Shown: piece after piece, positions 1 to 8,723 of the stretch
How the letters are laid out: every line of letters starts with the position of its first letter
Position numbering within the stretch: the stretch's first letter is position 1
Assembly (NCBI GenBank): GCA_937910695.1
Contig: CALEMW010000148.1
Location: 237-64,236, forward strand
From: an uncultured bacterium
Lineage (GTDB): Bacteria > Krumholzibacteriota > Krumholzibacteriia > LZORAL124-64-63
Reading direction: 5' to 3'
DNA length: 64,000 nucleotides
Translations under genes and position numbers: made by a program
The notes under the pieces: generated by a model
Database searches by the model: none
Told to the model about the DNA's origin: nothing
Seen by the model: only the letters and a program-made list of their open reading frames with translations

Positions 1-2421
1 GGGATGAGGCCCCAGATCCTTCAGCACGGGTTTCTTATTCTTGGTGCGGATGCGTTCGAGAGCTTCCTCGATCGTCACGGTGAACAGAACGTTCACGTCG
101 TCGACGCCGGCGTAGACGCGGTTGCACTCAACGTAGGGACCGAAGCGTCCGAGGCCGGCCCGCACCTTCTTTCCCGATTCGGGATCCACGCCCAGCTCAC
201 GGGGCAGCGAGAGCAGTCGGAGGGCGAACTCCAGGTCCACCGTGGCCGTGTCGGTGCCCTTGCCGATGCTCACGCGCTTGGGCTTGGGACCGTCGTCGGT
301 CACCTCGCCGAGCTGGAGATAAGGGCCGAAAGGCCCGGTCATCACGTAGATGGATTCTCCCGACTCGGGGTCGGCGCCGATGGGTTCACGGGAACGTTCG
401 CGCGTCAGCAGAATCTCCTGGGCCTTCTCGGGAGTCAGCTCGTCGATCAGCAGATCGACAGGCAGGGTCGCGCGGCGGGCGTCGTCGCCGGAGCCGGACT
501 GGATGTAGGCGTTGGTGCGACCGATGCGCACTGTCAGCGGAGCACCCGTCTCAAGATCAGCGCCCACGGGAATGGCGGGGTAGTCGATGTCCGGCAGACG
601 GGTGGCGATTTCCTTCAGCAGACCGATCTGCTCCCCCTCGCCGTGATAGAAGCCGTGGAGGAATTCCTTCCAGTTCACTTCACCCGAAGCGATCAGGTCG
701 AGATCGTCCTCCATGTGGGCGGTGAATGCCACGTCGACGTAATGGGGGAAATGGTCGCGAAGCAGGCGCAGAACAGCCATGCCGACGAAGGTGGGCACGA
801 GGCTGCCCTTCTTCTTCAGAACATACTCGCGGGCGATGATCGTGGAGATGGTCGGCGCATAGGTGGACGGTCTCCCGATGCCGGCCTCTTCGAGCTGTTT
901 GATCAGCGAAGCCTCGCTGAATCGGGACGGCGGCGTCGTTTCGTGACCTTCGGGGGACAACGCCGCAAGGTAGGCAGGAGCCTTCGTCGAGGAACCGGCA
1001 CTCGGCAGCGGATCGCCCTCGCTCATGGCGGGCAGCACCGACTCGTCGCGGTCGCCGCCGGTGACCTTCAGGAAGCCGGCGAAGCGGACGACCGAGCCGT
1101 TGGCGCGGAACAGACAGGGCTCGCCGGTCTCGGGGACGGCCCGCAGATCCACCGCTGTGCGGTCGACCACCGCGTCGGTCATCTGTGAAGCGACGGTCCG
1201 TTCCCAGATCAATTTGTAAAGGGCCGCCTCTTCGCGCTCCAGGAACTTGGCGGCCTGCTCTGGGCGGCGGAAAACATCGGTGGGTCGGATGGCCTCGTGG
1301 GCCTCCTGGGCGGCCTTGGCCTTGGTGCGGTAGAAACGAGGTCCTTTGGAGTATGCGGGGCCCCAGGTATCCCGAATCAGACGTTCGGCGTCGCCGAGGG
1401 CTTCGCCGCTCAGAGTGACCGAGTCGGTCCTCATATACGTGATCAGACCGGTACGTTCTCCCCCGCCCAACTCCACGCCTTCATAGAGCCGTTGAGCGGC
1501 CTGCATGGTGCGGCGCGGCGTCAGGCCGAGGCGGGAGCTGGCGGCCTGCTGCAGCGTGGAGGTGATGAACGGAGGCGAAGGCCGTTTGAGGGTTTCTTTG
1601 CATTCGACGCGCTCGACCGTCCAGGGCGTCGCGGCGCTCAGGCGATCGGCGAGGCCACGGGCCGTAGCGCCGTCGAGGTGCGCCAGCTTCGCTGCGTTCT
1701 TGAGTTCGCCGGTCTCTCCATCGAAGTCCTTACCCTGAGCCACGCGTTTCTCACCGACCTCGTGGAGACGGGCGGTGAATGGATGCTCGTCGGCCTGGAA
1801 CTGCGCTTCGAGATCCCAGTATTCCGCCGTCTTGAAGGCCAGGCGCTCTTCCTCGCGCTCCACCACCAGACGCAGGGCCACGCTCTGCACGCGGCCGGCG
1901 CTGAGCTTGGTGCGCACCTTTTTCCAAAGTACGGGTGAGAGCTGATAGCCGAACAACCTGTCGAGGATCCGACGGCTTTCCTGAGCACGCACCACGTTGT
2001 CGTCCACATCGCGGGGAGCCTCGAGGGCTTTCTGGATGGCTGTCTTGGTGATTTCGTGGAACGTGATCCGCCGTACGGGGATCTTGGGTTCGAGGACTTC
2101 GAGGATGTGCCAACTGATGGCCTCTCCCTCGCGGTCCTCATCCGTGGCGAGCAGCAGCTCGTCGGCGCCCTTCAGGAGCTTCTTCAGATTCGTGACGTGT
2201 TTCTTGCTGTCCGCGGAGATCACGTAGACCGGAGCGAAGTCGTCCTCGGGATTCACGCCGAGACGGGCCCAGGGTTCCTTTTTGTAGGCTGCGGGGACTT
2301 CGGCGGCGGAGCTGGGGAGATCGCGGATGTGTCCGTAACTGGCGGCGACGGTATAGCCCGGTCCGAGGAACTTCTCGATTGTACGAGACTTGGCCGGCGA
2401 CTCGACGATGATCAGCTTCAC
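1..2421 (-). CDS. topA: DNA topoisomerase I (3' end outside window)
   Basis: Not in the ORF track because it runs off the edge. Manual translation gives GTG start after AGGAG, MKLIIVESPAK (Toprim), catalytic LITYMRTDS, and C-terminal repeats GPFGPY and GRFGPY. Confidence 0.97.
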   Translation of the reverse strand, partial: MKLIIVESPAKSRTIEKFLGPGYTVAASYGHIRDLPSSAAEVPAAYKKEPWARLGVNPEDDFAPVYVISADSKKHVTNLKKLLKGADELLLATDEDREGEAISWHILEVLEPKIPVRRITFHEITKTAIQKALEAPRDVDDNVVRAQESRRILDRLFGYQLSPVLWKKVRTKLSAGRVQSVALRLVVEREEERLAFKTAEYWDLEAQFQADEHPFTARLHEVGEKRVAQGKDFDGETGELKNAAKLAHLDGATARGLADRLSAATPWTVERVECKETLKRPSPPFITSTLQQAASSRLGLTPRRTMQAAQRLYEGVELGGGERTGLITYMRTDSVTLSGEALGDAERLIRDTWGPAYSKGPRFYRTKAKAAQEAHEAIRPTDVFRRPEQAAKFLEREEAALYKLIWERTVASQMTDAVVDRTAVDLRAVPETGEPCLFRANGSVVRFAGFLKVTGGDRDESVLPAMSEGDPLPSAGSSTKAPAYLAALSPEGHETTPPSRFSEASLIKQLEEAGIGRPSTYAPTISTIIAREYVLKKKGSLVPTFVGMAVLRLLRDHFPHYVDVAFTAHMEDDLDLIASGEVNWKEFLHGFYHGEGEQIGLLKEIATRLPDIDYPAIPVGADLETGAPLTVRIGRTNAYIQSGSGDDARRATLPVDLLIDELTPEKAQEILLTRERSREPIGADPESGESIYVMTGPFGPYLQLGEVTDDGPKPKRVSIGKGTDTATVDLEFALRLLSLPRELGVDPESGKKVRAGLGRFGPYVECNRVYAGVDDVNVLFTVTIEEALERIRTKNKKPVLKDLGPHP

Positions 2422-2443
2422 GGATCTCCTCGGGGTCGTGCGT

Positions 2444-2803
2444 TCAGTGGAGACTGGGCCCGGACCATGGGTCCGGCTGGTCTGGATCTGCAGGCTCCAT
2501 GCCGAAAACCACCTGGTCGAGCAGATCCTCCAGGTCGTGGAGGCCTACCGGTGCGCTCCAGAAGAACGTCACATAGTTCACGATGAGCTCCATCTGGAGC
2601 CTGCTGAGTTGTTCAGCCGCGACAAGGGACAGCAGGTAGCCGCGGGCGTCCCTGTCGAGCAGCACCACTTCGCCATCCGAGAACAGACGCTCGATGGGGC
2701 GGCGGGCCTGACGGGGTGTTCCCTGTCGCGGACGGACATCGTCAAAGGAGTCCTGGAGCATTTCTGCCAGAGCTTCCCTCAGTTTTTCTCGAGATCGTTC
2801 CAA
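2444..2803 (-). CDS. DUF494/Smg-like protein
   Basis: TTG start after GGAGG. RLFSDGEVVLLDRDARGYL resembles the Smg C-terminal half, and the position directly upstream of topA is typical. Confidence 0.65.
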   Translation of the reverse strand: MERSREKLREALAEMLQDSFDDVRPRQGTPRQARRPIERLFSDGEVVLLDRDARGYLLSLVAAEQLSRLQMELIVNYVTFFWSAPVGLHDLEDLLDQVVFGMEPADPDQPDPWSGPSLH

Positions 2804-2828
2804 GCTTTCCTCCGGTGTCGGGCAGGGC

Positions 2829-2857
2829 ACGTTAGCACAGGGGCGCCCCTGGAGCAA
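2829..2857 (-). promoter_or_regulatory. Putative sigma70 promoter for smg-topA
   Basis: TTGCTC-N17-TAACGT with extended -10 TG. The spacer holds the palindrome CAGGGGCGCCCCTG. Confidence 0.5.
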
Positions 2858-2879
2858 GATAGGGAGGTTCCGGCCCGGG

Positions 2880-5800
2880 TCAACGTCCGCAGCACTTCTT
2901 GTACTTCTGGCCGCTGCCGCACGGACAGGCATCGTTGCGTCCCACCTTGGGTTCTTCGCGTGTCTGAGGTCGGGCGGAGCCTGGATCCGGGACAGCCTGC
3001 TGGGGCGGTCCCACAGCTTCGCCCGCACCGCCGCCGAGGTAATCGACCTCGTCATGGCTGGCCTTCAAGGACTCAGGAGCCGGCGCCTGGGGTTGGAGCG
3101 GCTGCTGGACCATGATCTCGGCCCGGAAGAACAGACGTACGGACTCGCGCTCGATGTTCTCTAGCAGAGACTGGAACATGTTGAAACTCTCGCGCTTGTA
3201 TTCGATCAGCGGGTCGCGCTGCCCGTAGGAACGCAGCCCGATGCCGCTGCGCAGCAGCACGAGTTCGTTGAGATGGTCCTTCCAGAATTCGTCGATCGTC
3301 TGCAGCAGGACATAGCGCTCGAGCTGGCGGCACAGCTCGGCGCCAAGGCGGCTTTCTTTGGCGTCATAGCGATCTAAGGCAGCTTCATGGAGCTGCTGGC
3401 GCACGTATTCGCGCCCCACGGTGAGATATTCTTCTGGCGCCACGGGCAGAGGCGTGAGAATGAGGGTCTGGAAGTCTCGGGCCAGACTCTCGAAATCCCA
3501 GAAATCGTTGGCCTGGTCGTCGCTCGTGAATTCGTCGACCAGGCCGTCCACGAGTCCGATCACGTGATCCTTCATGGTCGCGGATTGGTCCTCTCCCATG
3601 AGGATGTCGCGCCGCTGGGAATAGATCACCTCGCGCTGCTTGTTGACCACATCGTCGTACTCGATCAAATGCTTGCGGGTGCTGAAGTTGTGGCCTTCCA
3701 CGCGCTGGGCGGCCCGCTCGATGGCGTTGGTCACCATGGAGTGTACGATGGGTTCGCCCTCCTCCACGCCGAGCCGGTCCATGATCTTGATGAGTTGCTC
3801 CGAGTTGAACAGCCGCATCAGATCGTCTTCCAGAGAAAGGAAGAACACGGACGCACCAGGGTCGCCCTGACGGCCGGCGCGACCGCGCAGCTGGCGATCG
3901 ATGCGTCTGCTTTCGTGCCGTTCGGTGCCGATGATGTGGAGGCCGGCGGGTTCGCCGTCCACTTCCGCCACAGCCTTGTCGAACGATGCTTCGGCCGGCA
4001 GGCCCAGCAGGGAGCGCATGTCGATTTTGATGTCGGTGCCACGGCCGGCCATGTTGGTGGCGATGGTCACTGCACCTTTGCGTCCCGCCTCCTCGACGAT
4101 TTCCGCCTCGCTTTTGTGGTGTTTGGCGTTCAGCACGTTGTGACTGATGCCGCTGCTCTTGAGCATACGGCTGATCAGTTCGCTGACTTCGACGGTCGTA
4201 GTGCCCACCAGCACGGGCAGCCCCTTCGCGTGCAGGCGCCCCACCTCGGCCACGATGGCCTTGAACTTCTCCTTCTTGCTCTTGTAGACGAGGTCCTCGT
4301 CGTCGTTGCGCCGGATAGGTTCGTTGGTCGGAATCTCCACCACGTCGAGCTTGTAGATCTCGCCGAATTCAGCCTCTTCGGTCACCGCGGTGCCGGTCAT
4401 GCCCGAAAGCTTGTCGTACATGCGGAAAAAGTTCTGCAGGGTGACGGTGGCGAGAGTCTGGGTCTCCTTCTCGACCTTCACCCCTTCCTTCGCCTCGAGG
4501 GCCTGGTGCAGTCCCTCGCTGAAGCGTCGGCCGGGCATGAGGCGTCCGGTGAACTCGTCGACGATCTGGATCTTGCCGTCCATCACGACATACTCATCGT
4601 CCTTGGCGAACAGGGTATAGGCCTTCAGCAATTGGTCGACGTTGCTGATCTGCTCGTTCTTCAAGGCGTAAAGACGCTCCACCTCGGAGATGGCTTCGGC
4701 CTTGGCGTCCGCCTCGAGCGTCTCGTCTTCCTGAATCCTGCCGACTTCCACCGCGAGGTCGGGCAACACGAAGAAGTCCGGCTCGTCCGATGCGAGAAGC
4801 TCGCGCCCTTTTTCCGTGAAATCACAGGAGTTATGCCTCTCTTCGACCACGTAATACAGAGGCTCGTCGGCCTCCCACATGGCTTTGTCGCGCATGAAGG
4901 CTTCCTCGGTCTTCGAGATCTTCTCGAGCACACCGGGAAGCTGGACGAGTTTGCGGAAACGCGTACTCTTGGGCGCGCCATGGGAGATGCGCAGCAGGGC
5001 GACTGCGGTTTCGTCGTCGATGTCCGGGCTGTCACCACTCTCCTCGACGTTGCGTAAAGCGCGTTCCACGTCGGCCAGCCAGTCGTTCACCAGTCGGGTC
5101 TGCTGCCGGACGATGCGCTCGACCCGGGGCTGGAGCTCCTCGAAGCGGTGGGTGGATTTGTCGACGGCACCGGAGATGATCAACGGGGTCCGCGCCTCGT
5201 CGATCAGCACGGAATCGACTTCGTCGACGATGGCGAAATGGAAGTCGCGCTGAACGAGCTGTTCGCGGCGTACAGCCATGTTGTCGCGCAGGTAGTCGAA
5301 GCCGAATTCGTTGTTGGTGCCGTAGGTGATGTCGCAATTGTAGGCGACCCGGCGTTCGTCCGGGGTCATGTTGCCGATGATGAAGCCGACGCTCAGGCCC
5401 AGGAAACGGTACACCCCGCCCATCCACTCGGCATCGCGACGGGCCAGATAATCGTTCACTGTCACCAGATGTGCGCCCCGTCCCGACAAGGCGTTCAGAT
5501 ACAGGGGCAGGACGGCCACAAGGGTTTTGCCCTCGCCAGTGGCCATCTCGGCGATCTTGCCCTGGTGCATCACGATGCCGCCGATGATCTGTACATCGTA
5601 GGGCACCATGTTCCAGACCGTCTCGCGATCCCAGACGGACCATACGGCACCGCGTTCGGCGAGACGACGACAGGCCTCCCAGGCCACCCCGAACGCTTCG
5701 ATCATGATTTCGTCGAGAGTCTCGCCTGCGGTCACGCGAGCGCGGAACTCGTCGGTCTTGGCGCGCAGGGCGTCGTCGTCGAGGGCGGCATAGGCGCCGC

Positions 5801-5894
5801 GGACCTCTTTGACCTTCTCCATGATCGGGTAAAGGTTCTTAAGATCCCGCTGGGATTTCTTGCCGAAAATCTTGCCCAAAATCGAATGGAACAC
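2880..5894 (-). CDS. secA: Preprotein translocase ATPase SecA
   Basis: MATGEGKT, DEVD, ATNMAGRGTDI, RGRAGRQGDPG and C-terminal GRNDACPCGSGQKYKKCC. Confidence 0.99.
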   Translation of the reverse strand: MFHSILGKIFGKKSQRDLKNLYPIMEKVKEVRGAYAALDDDALRAKTDEFRARVTAGETLDEIMIEAFGVAWEACRRLAERGAVWSVWDRETVWNMVPYDVQIIGGIVMHQGKIAEMATGEGKTLVAVLPLYLNALSGRGAHLVTVNDYLARRDAEWMGGVYRFLGLSVGFIIGNMTPDERRVAYNCDITYGTNNEFGFDYLRDNMAVRREQLVQRDFHFAIVDEVDSVLIDEARTPLIISGAVDKSTHRFEELQPRVERIVRQQTRLVNDWLADVERALRNVEESGDSPDIDDETAVALLRISHGAPKSTRFRKLVQLPGVLEKISKTEEAFMRDKAMWEADEPLYYVVEERHNSCDFTEKGRELLASDEPDFFVLPDLAVEVGRIQEDETLEADAKAEAISEVERLYALKNEQISNVDQLLKAYTLFAKDDEYVVMDGKIQIVDEFTGRLMPGRRFSEGLHQALEAKEGVKVEKETQTLATVTLQNFFRMYDKLSGMTGTAVTEEAEFGEIYKLDVVEIPTNEPIRRNDDEDLVYKSKKEKFKAIVAEVGRLHAKGLPVLVGTTTVEVSELISRMLKSSGISHNVLNAKHHKSEAEIVEEAGRKGAVTIATNMAGRGTDIKIDMRSLLGLPAEASFDKAVAEVDGEPAGLHIIGTERHESRRIDRQLRGRAGRQGDPGASVFFLSLEDDLMRLFNSEQLIKIMDRLGVEEGEPIVHSMVTNAIERAAQRVEGHNFSTRKHLIEYDDVVNKQREVIYSQRRDILMGEDQSATMKDHVIGLVDGLVDEFTSDDQANDFWDFESLARDFQTLILTPLPVAPEEYLTVGREYVRQQLHEAALDRYDAKESRLGAELCRQLERYVLLQTIDEFWKDHLNELVLLRSGIGLRSYGQRDPLIEYKRESFNMFQSLLENIERESVRLFFRAEIMVQQPLQPQAPAPESLKASHDEVDYLGGGAGEAVGPPQQAVPDPGSARPQTREEPKVGRNDACPCGSGQKYKKCCGR

Positions 5895-5940
5895 AGCGAA
5901 CCTCTCATCGGGTCTTGGCTAGCGGATTGACCTGGACGGA

Positions 5941-6633
5941 TCAGCCCAGGATCCAGGTCAGGCAGATCTGTACGACGCCCGCAGTGACCAGCGGTATGGA
6001 AAGATTATCCCAGCGGCCGGGCGTCCAGCGCTCCATGGCTGCTGCGGCGACCGCGCCGAGGGCCATCGAAACGGGATTCCAATGCAGGACCAGACCGATC
6101 ATCAACGCCGATGCGACGAAGCAGGCGAAGGTGCCGGTCCATGTCTTCTCGCCCCTCTTGGCCACCACCGGCGCATGGGTGCTGGCGGCGGCCTCCAGGC
6201 CCAGCTTCTGCCGCTGGAACGAAACGGCCTGTCCCACCACTGCCGCAGCCGAGTCGCCCCAGGCCAAGCAGAGAATGCCGGCAGCCGCCGGGCCCGCCGG
6301 AAAGAGATAAGACGTCATCGTCGCTCCCGCCATCATCACCGAGGCGCCGCTGAGGGTCTGGCGCTCGTCACGGCGGAAGATCAACGGGAAGGTGCGGTAC
6401 ATCCACAGAGCCCAGCGCTTGGCGCGGAGCCGGGCCAGATCCACGGCGAGTATGAATACCGTCGCGGCTGCGAGACCGAAGGTCGCGCTGGGTTCGTCCA
6501 TCAGCAGAACCCAGACAGCCAGGACGGTCGAGCAGACATGGATGGCCTTACGACCCCACTCCACACTCTCACGCCAAGTTCGGGCCGGACGCCCTGCTGG
6601 CGATCGCTTCACGTGATCGAGTTCGGCTTTCAT
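5941..6633 (-). CDS. Polyprenol/phytol/dolichol kinase-like membrane protein (cytidylyltransferase superfamily)
   Basis: RKAIH, LAWGDSAAAVVG, KTWTG and DNLSIP motifs; multiple hydrophobic helices. Confidence 0.85.
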   Translation of the reverse strand: MKAELDHVKRSPAGRPARTWRESVEWGRKAIHVCSTVLAVWVLLMDEPSATFGLAAATVFILAVDLARLRAKRWALWMYRTFPLIFRRDERQTLSGASVMMAGATMTSYLFPAGPAAAGILCLAWGDSAAAVVGQAVSFQRQKLGLEAAASTHAPVVAKRGEKTWTGTFACFVASALMIGLVLHWNPVSMALGAVAAAAMERWTPGRWDNLSIPLVTAGVVQICLTWILG

Positions 6634-8723
6634 GGTTCGGTGGTCCCCTCCCCGGCGAACTCTCTAAGTACCTGTGCGTAGATCTGCCGGTCAATTAAAA
6701 CCTGCTCGACGTAGCGGCGAGTTTCAGGATAACCGATCCAGGCGAGAAAGTCGGCACGAGATGGCGAACCGCCCATCTGACGATCCCAACGGGTCACAGC
6801 GCCGGGCCCGGCATTGTAGGCAGCGAGGATTCGGTAGGGGTCGCCGTTGTAGCGCCGGCGGTTTTCCTCGAGCAGATTCAGTCCCTTTCGGACCGAATTG
6901 GCAGGAATCCGCCATGTGGCGACACCGGCCTCCACACCGTTGCCGACGAAATGGAAGGGCATGACCTGCATCCAGCCCAGGGCCCCGGCCCGAGACCGTA
7001 CACCGGGATCGAAGAGGGATTCGTTGCGCGCTACAGCGAGGACCAGGGCGGGATCGGGTGAGGCCTGGATTGCCTCGACAATGGAAGAGCGCGCAGGCAG
7101 GGGATAGAGGATCAGCAAGTTCTCCGCAGCCGAAAGTCCCGGCCGCGGCAGGGACACGGCACATGCCAAACGTCCACGCGTATCGCCGGTCAGCATGCAC
7201 ACGCCGAACAGAGCGTGGCGAACCAGCTGCTCCCCCGGCCCAGCACCGAGTCGGGACGACCAGGCCGGAACGGGGCTTTCATCCACGGGGGCGTTTTCGC
7301 CCTGGGACTGCTCGCGATCGAGGCGATACGCCCAGCCGAGCACGTCGTCACGGAGATCATGAGTTCCCAAGATCACCGCCACGGCGTGAGCAGGATCGTC
7401 CTGTGCCAGCGCCGCAGCATAGACGCTCCCGATCTCACCTGCACCCGGCTGGCTGGCTAGGCGCAAGCCCAAGCCGCGCCAGAGTTCCCAGACCCGCATC
7501 TGCGCATTCGCGACGATGGTCTCGAAGTCGATGCCATGGGACTCCAGTGCAGCGGGGGCCTCTCCTGCTCTGACGGTCGAGATGATGTCCACAACCGTTG
7601 CATCGGGTTGCCTCACCGGGTCGAGCTCCAGGGCCCAGGCAGAGAAGACCGTCGCGAGAGAGTTGCGGCCTTGATGCCGGGCCAGAGCCGCGGCCCGACC
7701 GCACTCCTCCCCGACTCGGCGCAGAGTGCTTCGCTGGCCGGAGCGGCGCGCCAACGTCACGGCCTCGGCAAGGGCCGCTTCCCCCTCAACCCAGCGCCCG
7801 GACGACACGTGCTTGTCGCCTGCACGCCGCCAGAAATCGGCCCGCACGGTCCAGGGCAACGCCCCGAGAGAACCCAGGTGTTCCGCTGCGGTGACAGTAT
7901 GGGAAGACCGGCGCCAGGCCCCGCGCGCCCAGGCCGCCGCCAGCGAAGCATCGCCAGGAGGTTCAGGATACAGGCCGAAGTGACGGACGAGGGATGGGGT
8001 GTCCAGACAGGCGGCACCGAGGGCGGCGCGCTGCGGCGAGGTGATCCGCGCGCGATCGATGTCGCGTGCCGACAGATAGCTCTTCCGCAGACGCATCAAC
8101 CAGCCGACTTCATCGTCGGAGAGAAAGGTGTCAGGCAGAATCGGGAGCCCGAGGATCCGTCGCTGAGCCGTCCAGAGATCCCATCCCGTCTGGAGATCAA
8201 ACGAATCCAGTTCCAGCAGCTCGGGCCAGAGACCCGACAGCGTGGTCACGGCGTGTCCGTCGGGATCCTCTGCGGCTCGCAGACGCAGGGACCAGACGAA
8301 GGTCGATTCGGGATCGAGGTCGGGCTCGGCCAGAACGGCTCGGCAATCCTCGGCGCAATCGGCAAAACGTCCCTCGCGCCAGGCTGTCCCTGAACCGATG
8401 CGGCGCCTCATACGGGTGTCGTTTTCGCTCCTGAAGCGCTGAACCCAGGCTTCCCTCGCCTGGCCGCTGCTCAAGATCTGATCGGCCAGGGTGACGAAAA
8501 TGCCGGCTGCGGCCGGTTCCGCCGTGTCGGATCGAGCGTCTGTTACCGCCGTCAAGGAGGTAAAGAGATCGCGTGGCCAGGGGCCTTCCATGGCGATGGT
8601 GTCGGGATCGCGGATCAAGCCGACACGCAGCTCCTCCAAAAAAGCATCCAACGTTCCGGCCTCTACGGCAGGAACGGCGAGCAGCGCGATCAGCAGAGTC
8701 GTGAGGATCCGTCCTCGAGTCAT
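6630..8723 (-). CDS. Exported lytic transglycosylase (C-terminal SLT domain)
   Basis: Signal peptide MTRGRILTTLLIALLAVPAVEA; motifs ARNES, GALGWMQVMP, AYNAG and ETRRYV. ATGA overlaps at both ends. Confidence 0.88.
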   Translation of the reverse strand: MTRGRILTTLLIALLAVPAVEAGTLDAFLEELRVGLIRDPDTIAMEGPWPRDLFTSLTAVTDARSDTAEPAAAGIFVTLADQILSSGQAREAWVQRFRSENDTRMRRRIGSGTAWREGRFADCAEDCRAVLAEPDLDPESTFVWSLRLRAAEDPDGHAVTTLSGLWPELLELDSFDLQTGWDLWTAQRRILGLPILPDTFLSDDEVGWLMRLRKSYLSARDIDRARITSPQRAALGAACLDTPSLVRHFGLYPEPPGDASLAAAWARGAWRRSSHTVTAAEHLGSLGALPWTVRADFWRRAGDKHVSSGRWVEGEAALAEAVTLARRSGQRSTLRRVGEECGRAAALARHQGRNSLATVFSAWALELDPVRQPDATVVDIISTVRAGEAPAALESHGIDFETIVANAQMRVWELWRGLGLRLASQPGAGEIGSVYAAALAQDDPAHAVAVILGTHDLRDDVLGWAYRLDREQSQGENAPVDESPVPAWSSRLGAGPGEQLVRHALFGVCMLTGDTRGRLACAVSLPRPGLSAAENLLILYPLPARSSIVEAIQASPDPALVLAVARNESLFDPGVRSRAGALGWMQVMPFHFVGNGVEAGVATWRIPANSVRKGLNLLEENRRRYNGDPYRILAAYNAGPGAVTRWDRQMGGSPSRADFLAWIGYPETRRYVEQVLIDRQIYAQVLREFAGEGTTEP

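Noticed and set aside
4-1938. Long plus-strand ORFs (394 aa and 213 aa)
   Set aside because: Antisense shadows of topA, which the ORF track missed because it runs off the window.
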